From Diplonema japonicum (Eukaryota > Protista > Euglenozoa: Diplonemea), in contig OZ025725.1 of NCBI GenBank assembly GCA_964019335.1, positions 186,001 to 250,000 of the forward strand: a stretch of DNA of 64,000 bases, read 5' to 3'. Under the pieces are notes generated by a model, which made no database searches, was not told the DNA's origin, and worked only from the letters and a program-made list of their open reading frames with translations. The position numbers and the translations under genes are program-made. This document shows, one piece after another, positions 56,024 to 64,000 of this stretch (the stretch's first letter is position 1; each line of letters begins with the position of its first letter).

Positions 56024-59000
56024 ATGGTTGTTCCAAGGCAACCTACCCTGAGGGAGGTGCAGCATGCCGTCCGTGCGGACCCTGCGAACGCACTTTCCAT
56101 CATAAAGGAGTCCAGCGGGAGGGAGTGCGCATATGCGTGGCATACAAAGCAGTATCAGACGCAATATGTTCCAGTTGAGGTTGAGAGGGTGAAGACGGTG
56201 AAGGAATTCGTGGACAGACAGGTAACCCACCCTGTCCCCGACCCTGAGGTTGAGAGGCAGCTGCTCCAGGCACAGGAGGAGTTGGAAAAAATGCGCAATG
56301 AAATGCTTCCCCGTGCGGCTCTGGAAGACGATTTGGTTGCCAAGGACAAATTATCCCTGAAATCCATCAACCAAAAACTGAAGATGAAGCTCTCCAAGAA
56401 GAACACGCAAATCACCGATCTCCAAACCGCGCTCTTCAAGAACTTCACGATGGCCAAGGAGCTCAGCAACCTTTCGTGCCCCGAGGTGGCGGAGATCAGG
56501 AAGGAGGAGATGTTATTACTGAAGTCCAAGGTGGTTATGCTGCAAGAAGTTCTGCGTCACAAAGAAGAGTACATCCAAGAGGTCACGCAGGCTCTCATTG
56601 ACAGCAGCAAAGGCGTCCTGCGCATCCAGAAAGAAACCCAAGAGGTTCTCCGGACCGAACGTGTTGAAAGTGCTGCAGCGTGGGAAGAAACAAAGCGGCT
56701 TGAAGAACGCACACGACAGCTCGAAGACGAAATGGTCATCATCCCAAAGCTCCAGAACAAAATCCGCGAGTCGGAGGCCACCTTAGAGGACCTGCGACAA
56801 CAGCTAGAGGACAAAGACGATGTGATAGATGCTCTGGAGGAACAGTTTCGACAGACCACCATCGACGAGGCAGCCGATCTGTCACGCGATGAGGTCCTCG
56901 TGCGCATGACACAGCTTCGATTCAAAATCGGTCTCAAGAACGCGCAGGCTCTTAAAGCAAAAGCGGAGATCAACAAGCTCCGTGAAAAAGTCAAATCCCA
57001 AGAGGCCGAGCTGACACGCACGCAACACTGCTACGAAGACCAACGCGAGGACAACAGGAAGCTCCGCTCGACCATCGACGGGCTGCACGTGCAGCTCACA
57101 TCTCTCCGACGCGATTTGCTCGCGTCATGTGCACCCGTGCGTCCCATCATAATGCCGCAAGCCATCTACGACGACGAAAGGAGGCTTCTCGAGGCCCCGT
57201 CAGCACCCAGAACACGTGCCCTCACCGAGCAGGACATTGTTGCGGGATTCTGTCTCTTCGACTCTTCTGCACAGGGGGAGCTTCCTGCATGGGACATGCC
57301 GTTGTACCTACGCACGCTTGGCTTCACAACAGATGACCCTGCTGTGTGCAGGCTGGCCACGCAGTATCGCACGCAGCACGGGACGCTCACTTTGGAGGAG
57401 TTCCGCGACGTTATCCTGAACATCCAGAAAGAGTTCACGCCGATGAAGATGTCGACGGAGAACCTCCTTGGGCAGTGGCAGGAGGCTTCGAAGCGGCGTG
57501 TGGAGGCGAACAAGAAGCGTGACCGTCAGCTGAAAGGCCGTACAACCACCAACGAGGACTCCGACTCCGACGATGAGCTGCACAAGAATGTGGCTGCGAT
57601 CAGCATGCGCGTGGTGCCCATGACCACCGGCGACATTGAGGTCGCCTTCAACCTCTTCGACCACGAGGTGTCTGGCGAGCTGGACCAGAAGATCATCGGC
57701 ACCCTGTCGCACGCCCTCGGCCTCGTGCGCACCACCGCGGACCTCGACGCTCTCAACGTGCTTGTCCTGCGTGAGTTCTCAGGCACGCTGAACGGCGACG
57801 AGTGGCGGGACCTCGTCCAGTACTGCCAGGGCGTCAAACCGAACTTCGTTCCGCGTCGTGCCATGGAACACAAGCCTCCTAAGGAGAGGATCTACCCCCG
57901 CCCCTTCCCCAAGGCAGGCCGCACGCACCCCCTGTCTGAGCGTGAGATCGAGACCGCCTTCAAACTTTTCGACGTCGACAAGTCAGGCCTCCTCCCAGGG
58001 CACCAGATGCCCACGTACCTGGAGTGCCTCGGGTTGGTGTGCTCTGGAGCTGAATTCACAACGCTGCTCGTAACACAGTACAAAGCAGACCTCACGCAGA
58101 AGGTGTCGTTCGGGTACTTCTGCAGGATGGTGAGGTTCGTCCAAGCACACCTGGAATTCTTCAATCCCTCACCCAAAAAACCCCAGGTGCGGGCCGTGGG
58201 TAGCGATGCACAAGAGGCACGCAGGGCACCTCCCATTCTGGCACCGTCACCAGTGAAGCTATCGACAGGGATGAGCGGGGTGAAGTCACCATCGTCCGTG
58301 CGAGCACCACCTTCAAGACCGAACACTGCGGTCTATAGTCCAAGGACAAGGAAGGCAGGCGAGTACCCGCCATGGATGATGCCATCAGCGGTACCGGCAC
58401 AAGTGGAATCCATCGAAAAGGGCAGTGCAGCTCCATCCTTAAGAGCACGCATCGCCACACCTCCCGAAGCAGTCATGCCACCGAACCTGACCCCACACAT
58501 GGACGAGATGAACGACTTCACATCTCCAAACGTAACGAAGGAGCTGCTCCCGGAGGACCTGACAAATATGAACATCTTAACAGCGTACAACGCGTACACA
58601 CAGCTGTTCGACTGCCCACAAGTCTCAATGATGACAGGGTCGAAGGCACTGGCACTGCAGCATGTGGCATTGGCGGTACGGTCATTGGGTTTCAATGGGG
58701 TCACGAAGAGGTTTTTGGAACAAATCTGGCCGTTCGAACGGAAAAAAGAAGCCGTGCGGCAGCAAGGCGGCGGCGCAGGCGACGAACTAATCCTGAACGA
58801 GAACGAATTCATCAAATTGGTGAGGAACATCGAAAGGTACGGCACTAAGAGGGACCCGAAAAATGCGGGGCTCCCGAAAAGGGTGAACAGGAACCTAGCA
58901 GGCGGGGCCCTGAGGGAGTCTGACATCACTTGGGTCTTTGCGTTGCTTGATGACGATGAGAAATCCTTCCTCACCAGCAAGGACTTTCGAACTATGCTTA

Positions 59001-59203
59001 CCCTTCTGGGCTTCACCCTCCAGGATGAACCGGAGATACAGAACGTTCTTGCAAGATATGACAATAGCAGGCCGAGCAGGTCCTCTCGCGAGCACAATAT
59101 TTTTGAGCTGCATGACTGCCAAGAGGTTATCCGGCAGCTCACCAACAGGAGCCTCTCGACAAGCAAGGAGGTCTTCAGCCCTTCCTCGTCCTGGCTTTGC
59201 TGA
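56024..59203 (+). CDS. coiled-coil protein with repeated EF-hand-pair modules
   Basis: N-terminal coiled coil; AFKLFDVDKSG, AFNLFDHEVSG, GFCLFDSSAQG, VFALLDDDEKS, each followed by L..LG. Confidence 0.85.
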   Translation: MVVPRQPTLREVQHAVRADPANALSIIKESSGRECAYAWHTKQYQTQYVPVEVERVKTVKEFVDRQVTHPVPDPEVERQLLQAQEELEKMRNEMLPRAALEDDLVAKDKLSLKSINQKLKMKLSKKNTQITDLQTALFKNFTMAKELSNLSCPEVAEIRKEEMLLLKSKVVMLQEVLRHKEEYIQEVTQALIDSSKGVLRIQKETQEVLRTERVESAAAWEETKRLEERTRQLEDEMVIIPKLQNKIRESEATLEDLRQQLEDKDDVIDALEEQFRQTTIDEAADLSRDEVLVRMTQLRFKIGLKNAQALKAKAEINKLREKVKSQEAELTRTQHCYEDQREDNRKLRSTIDGLHVQLTSLRRDLLASCAPVRPIIMPQAIYDDERRLLEAPSAPRTRALTEQDIVAGFCLFDSSAQGELPAWDMPLYLRTLGFTTDDPAVCRLATQYRTQHGTLTLEEFRDVILNIQKEFTPMKMSTENLLGQWQEASKRRVEANKKRDRQLKGRTTTNEDSDSDDELHKNVAAISMRVVPMTTGDIEVAFNLFDHEVSGELDQKIIGTLSHALGLVRTTADLDALNVLVLREFSGTLNGDEWRDLVQYCQGVKPNFVPRRAMEHKPPKERIYPRPFPKAGRTHPLSEREIETAFKLFDVDKSGLLPGHQMPTYLECLGLVCSGAEFTTLLVTQYKADLTQKVSFGYFCRMVRFVQAHLEFFNPSPKKPQVRAVGSDAQEARRAPPILAPSPVKLSTGMSGVKSPSSVRAPPSRPNTAVYSPRTRKAGEYPPWMMPSAVPAQVESIEKGSAAPSLRARIATPPEAVMPPNLTPHMDEMNDFTSPNVTKELLPEDLTNMNILTAYNAYTQLFDCPQVSMMTGSKALALQHVALAVRSLGFNGVTKRFLEQIWPFERKKEAVRQQGGGAGDELILNENEFIKLVRNIERYGTKRDPKNAGLPKRVNRNLAGGALRESDITWVFALLDDDEKSFLTSKDFRTMLTLLGFTLQDEPEIQNVLARYDNSRPSRSSREHNIFELHDCQEVIRQLTNRSLSTSKEVFSPSSSWLC

Positions 59204-59641
59204 TTTCATTTTTTTTTTTATATTATATTGTACTGTACCATTTATTATTATTATTTTTTTATATTTGTTTGTTTTTTTTTTTTTTTTTTTTTATTGTACT
59301 CTTTCTTCCCCTTATTATTTGTAATTATTTGTTTGTTGTATGCAATGTGGAACGGGGGCAAACTCCTGGGATAACATGCGAGAAAAAGAGCGCGGTGTCT
59401 CTTCAAGGCATTCTGCTTCGACACCGTTTGGGCACAGTGACCATGCCTGCCTACCTCATACCCCTTTCGTCAGCTCCATGACTGTCCAGAAGAAAACTGG
59501 ACAAGTGGCTGTTGTTGGACCAATGCCTTGGTCGAGTGGACATTACTTCTGCTGTTACTCACAAAAACAAAAGACAAGGCGTGCTACAAGGGGAGTGGAG
59601 GAAGGAAAAAAAAAAAAAAGGGAGAAAAAAAAAAAAGAAAA

Positions 59642-60461
59642 ATGTTCGGGAAGAAGAAGGAAGAGAAAGTGAAGCACGTGGACACTTGGGTGCCCGGGAC
59701 AAAGGTGGATTACATAAAAAAAGATGACGGAAAGGTATAAGAAAAAAAAAAACCCCAAACCCTCTTTTTTTTTTTTTTTCTCTCCCAGACCTACGTAACT
59801 AACAGTGGACAGGACTACCCGATTATGCAAGAGGAGGACTTCTTGGTAAACCCCCCCCCCTTTTTTTTTAAATATTACTAATTCAAATCAGAAATTTCGT
59901 GATTTTGCTGACGACTCGAGCGACGCGTGGACCCTAAGGCTGCACAAGGGCAGCGTTTATGTCTGGGACCGGCCTAGCGTGGACAAGGAGAAGAGCAGCA
60001 TAAATATGGTTAAGCTATTCTCTGAGTTCCCAGGAGTGACCCCTGAGACCATGTATGACTGCCTGCACGACGCCGACTACCGTGTGGTGTGGGACACCTC
60101 AATGGGTGACGGGTACAACATCTGCCATCTTGATGACAACAATGATGTTGGCTACTACCTCCTCAAGCTGCCTGCGGTGGTGGCCAACAGGGACTTCTGC
60201 AATGAACGGTCCTGGAGAAACGTGGACGGCCGCGAATTCATCATCATGAACCACTCTGTGGTTCACGAAAAATGCCCCCCAACGTATATATAATTTGGAA
60301 AAAAAAAAAAAAAAAAAAAAAAAAACAGGAAAGCGGTCCGCGGGCAATCAATCATCAGTGGTTACCTCATCCGGCCACACGGCACTGGGTGCAGTATTAC
60401 GTACGTCAGCCAGTCGGATCCTAAGGGCTGGATTCCTGTCAAGATTATGAACTCTGTATGC

Positions 60462-60492
<31 letters not shown>

Positions 60493-61627
60493 AACAGCGG
60501 GAAGAACACGAAGGCATGACGCGCAGGGGGCTGGAACCGTGTACGAAGCTGCATGGCATCCTGCCAAGGGGAGCAGGGAAGGATGTCAGGGAAAGGCTCG
60601 AAGGAACGCAGAGGTACCTGCTGGCGGTGGTGGGGGAGCGGGACGCAGCCCTACAAGCGAAGAGGCAGGAGGTGTACCACACACACCAGTGGCTGGAGAT
60701 CACACAAGGTCAAGAACACCCAGTACCGTCGGACAAGGACTTCGGCAAGCTACCGGCAGGGGATGTCCTACGGGAGTACACGAAGGAGGTGCTGAGGTGG
60801 ATGCGGCAACTGCGCTGGTATGCAGGCAGCAGGAACACGTCAGTGTCGACGGTGGAGCTGGCACTGGATTTCGAGAACGTGACCGGGAAGACCCTTGGAG
60901 GGAAGCTGGGGGATCTCGCAGAAGTACAGCAGAAAGCGAGGAGATTGCATGGACTGATGAAGAAGATCTGGCACACATGGGAGCTAGGGAGGGTACTGAA
61001 GAAGGTGAAAGGAAGGAGGGCCTTCCCAGCTGAGCCGAGCACAAGGGTGCACACACTACGATCCATCGGGAGGACAAAGGCGGTGATCGGATGGAACAGG
61101 AGGGCGATATTTGCATCACCGAAGACCAAGCATGACCTAGAGGCGTTGAAAGGACAATGGGCGAGAGAACGAAGAGAAAGAGCGGCCAGGCTGGGGAGAA
61201 GGCCGGCAAGACCACCAAAGGAGGAGAAACCGCTGCTGAAAGGGGATAGGTGCAGGTAGAAGATGAGAACAAGGGGGCGTCTCACAAAGACTTCCTTTAA
61301 CTCATATATATTTTTTTTTTTTTTTTTTTTTGATACTTTAAACCAGATCATTACCTCGCAAGGGCCAAACCTAATTGAAAAATTGAAGGATGTGTCCAAG
61401 GTATACCCGGATTGGTATGTAAAACAATACTATAAAAGTTGCGTATTTTTTTTTCCAGGAAGAAAAAAAACTCTGCTGACCGCTTCCCTTGGCGCACTGG
61501 CCCGCAGCCATGGTCCACCACCCAGCCAAACCGTACTATACAGTGGTTCTGCGAGCAGACTAAAATCGACATTGTCGATGTTTTAGGCAAAAAAGAGGAA
61601 ACAGTTGTTGAAGAGAAACAAGAATGA
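59642..61627 (+). CDS. START-domain lipid transfer protein (STARD10/PCTP-like); introns 59735-59788, 59846-59891, 60284-60328, 60456-61346, 61415-61458
   Basis: Spliced ORF: YDCLHDADYRVVWD, NRDFCNERSW, IIMNHSVVH..CP, VRGQSIISGYLI, YVSQSDPKGWIP. Confidence 0.88.
60491..61310 (+). mobile_element. 5'-truncated retroelement-like insertion in the T-run of START-gene intron 4
   Basis: Open ~255-aa frame with no start codon (LRWMRQLRW, VSTVELALDFENVTG, KARRL, AFPA, RVHTLRSIG, GWNRR); T-runs at 60462-60490 and 61311-61331. Confidence 0.85.
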
Positions 61628-61715
61628 AAAAAAAAAAAAAAAAAGAAACGAATAAGAAAAAATAGATAATGCTTCTTTTTTTTTTTTTTTTTTTTGCATT
61701 GATACAGGACCTCGT

Positions 61716-61748
<33 letters not shown>

Positions 61749-62002
61749 TCGCAACTAACTTTTTTTTTCTTTTCATTTTTTTTTTTTTTTTCCTTTTTTT
61801 TTTCTCTTTTTCTTTTGTATTTTTTTCCCCCCTCTTTTTTTTTTGACCCTATGGGGGACGAAAAAAAGAAAAAAAAGAAAAAGAAAAAGAAAAACATAGA
61901 AAACGATACAGAAAAAAAAAAAGAAAAAAAAAAGAGAAAAAAGAAAATCCTGTAACTGTGAAAAAGATGCGGACTGACAAATGCCCAGCATTTCTTTTCG
62001 TT

Positions 62003-62058
62003 GGGGAACATTGGCAACGTGTTTCGGGTTTAAAAACTTCTCCAAGTTTTACCCGGCA
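62003..62058 (+). repeat. short interspersed repeat, family B (partial)
   Basis: ggggaacattggcaacgtgtttcgggtttaaaaacttctccaagttttacccggca is nearly identical to 52164-52219. Confidence 0.8.
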
Positions 62059-62489
62059 AGTTCCTCTTTTCCAATATCCAGTAATTTTCTTCAAAGTTTT
62101 TTGACCTGGACATTTATCACCCGTCACGTTTCACTTTACAGTAAATTTAAAGAAAAAGAAGAAAAAAAAAAAAAAAACAGAAAAGAAAAAAAAGAATAAA
62201 AAAGTGTTTTTATCACAATGAAGAGATACAACCCCCCCCCCCCATTTTCTCATTTTCCGTTTTTTTTTCCCCTTTTTTTTTATATCCCGTTTCCATGACC
62301 AAATTTTTCCTTTTTGCCTTGTAGGCTGCTTCTTCCGGTCATTTCTTTTCTCTTCTTCCCTATCTACTCCTCCATCCGTGCTCCGTGCCCAACCCTTTCT
62401 TTCCTTCCTGCCTTCTGTGTGATGTTTTGTTCTATACCCCTGCCCTCTGTGCTTTTCCCATGTGATTCCACAACCAGCCACACATAAAG

Positions 62490-63683
62490 ATGCAGGACCA
62501 GCGAGGCAACCTGGAGGACCTCCTCGTGACGGAGCACCCTTCACACGTGAGGCTGACGAGCCCCCGCTCCCTTATGCTGTGCCGGCGACACGGGATCCTC
62601 CCCGAGGAGCTCTACCCTCGCTCCTTTCAGAGCTTTGTGGAGTACAGGTATGGAGGGTCAAGACACACATTTATGATATTATGACACCCACTCACAGGGG
62701 TGAGATGCAGGAGATGGTGCAGAGGCGCTACGACCACTTCAACACGAGGCGTCTGGAGAAGCTGAACTTCCTTGTCGGGGACCGCAGGGCTCTCCTGGAG
62801 CAGGAGGCACTGGATGGGATGCAACTGCAGCAGCAGCAGCAGCAGCAGCAGCACATGGATGCTTATGCCGGGGTGGTGTCCCCCTCCGCGGGGAGCCCTG
62901 AGAGGAGCACGATCCTGCTGAAGGACACGTACGAGACGGAGCAGGAGCGCATCGCGGCGAGGATGCAGAAGGAGGCGGAGCGGGCGCAGAAGGTAGAGCT
63001 CCTTGCGATGCAGCGGGCGGACGAGCAGGAGCACAAGGAGATGAAGCTGGCGTGGGCGGAGCAGCGCCATCAGGAGACGCTGCGGGAGGTGGAGGGGGCG
63101 CGGGTGCGGAACATCATGGAAAACGCGGAGAAGAAGGTGAACCGGATGATGCACGTGCGGGGCACGCAGGAGGCTCTGGCAGAGTTGACGGAGCACAAGA
63201 AGCTGATGATCTCGAGCAAGGAGATGCAGCGGCAGCAGGCGATGGAGGAGAAGAAGCGAGCGGCGGAGGAGGGACGCTCGAGGAAGAGGGAGGCGCAGGA
63301 GCTTCGAGCCGCGCAGATCAAACAGCGGAAGGAGGAGATGGAGCGGGCACGTGTGATGCACCTGGAGGGGAGGTTGCAGGAGAAGGGGGAGAAGGCGGTC
63401 GACTTTGAGAGGGTGAAGCTGCAGCAGCAAGTTGAGAGACAGCACATGGCGGAGGTACGTACAACACAGCACAACACAACACAACACAACACAACACAAC
63501 ACAACACAGAACAAGCAACAAGCAGAGGCGCAAGCACAAGGGAGGATGAGGGTTGAGGATGAGAGGTTCATGAGCCACCACGCCCACAAGAACATGGTAG
63601 ATGAACAGAACCGCGGTGTTTATGCAGAGCTGTCGGGTCAGAGGGCCCAGGCGGAGCAGGTACACCTAACACACAAGATGCAA

Positions 63684-63743
<60 letters not shown>

Positions 63744-64000
63744 GAAAGCAGAAGCGAAGCAAAGGCGGATCGAAGATGCAAAACTCAGGGCGAAGGAGTT
63801 AGAAGAGACACGGAAGATGCAGGCTATGGTGAAGCTTCAGGAGAAGGAGCACCGTCAGAAGGCGATGCAGGAGCAGGTGAGGCAGCAGAGGCTGTGGGAG
63901 CAGAACGAGAAGAAGATCAAGATGCTGGACGCAAAGGAGGCGGTGGAGAGGCAGAAGAGGAAGGAGAAGTACGAGAACGAGTTGAGGCAGCAGCAGGTGC
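62490..64000 (+). CDS. SPRS-motif coiled-coil protein, runs off the window; introns 62648-62697, 63455-63509, 63660-63741
   Basis: LTSPRSLMLCRRHGILPEEL, then an E/Q/R/K coiled coil kept open by splicing three GT-AG introns. Confidence 0.8.
63461..63741 (+). repeat. intronic microsatellites (ACAAC)n at 63461-63507 and (CA)n at 63686-63740
   Basis: Both repeats run up to the acceptor CAG. Confidence 0.9.

Noticed and set aside
59340-59600. Coding-like island upstream of the START gene
   Set aside because: No frame gives a recognisable product or splices convincingly into the START ORF
1-64000. tRNA genes, CRISPR arrays, non-canonical introns
   Set aside because: No cloverleaf or repeat-spacer array seen; all reconstructed introns fit GT-AG

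Overview
Eukaryotic (protist) nuclear DNA. About 26 protein-coding genes lie head-to-tail on the + strand, separated by spacers full of A, T, G and C homopolymers. The one-strand gene cluster, short GT-AG introns, expanded secreted sulfatases and a euglenozoan-looking 18S fragment fit a diplonemid-like euglenozoan (inference). Genes include phospholipase D, a Tudor-HMG-DDT-WHIM chromatin protein, three tandem arylsulfatases, an FGE-sulfatase-fold protein, an RPC4 with extra domains, a DENN-GRAM-DysF protein, a polyQ-PPR protein, a SMYD-like SET protein, HisD, a Kelch receptor-like kinase, a cyclin-Q-like protein, an EF-hand protein and a STARD10-like protein. Nineteen introns were reconstructed by hand; most have A- or CA-rich bodies instead of a polypyrimidine tract. 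The most striking signal is a family of 5'-truncated retroelement-like remnants: three diverged copies of one protein domain plus several 3'-end fragments. They sit inside poly(T) tracts with the coding strand running into poly(T), the opposite of poly(A)-tailed LINEs, and one copy splits the T-run of a small intron. A decayed piggyBac and an orphan 18S rRNA fragment are also present. All domain calls come from motif recognition, not database searches.
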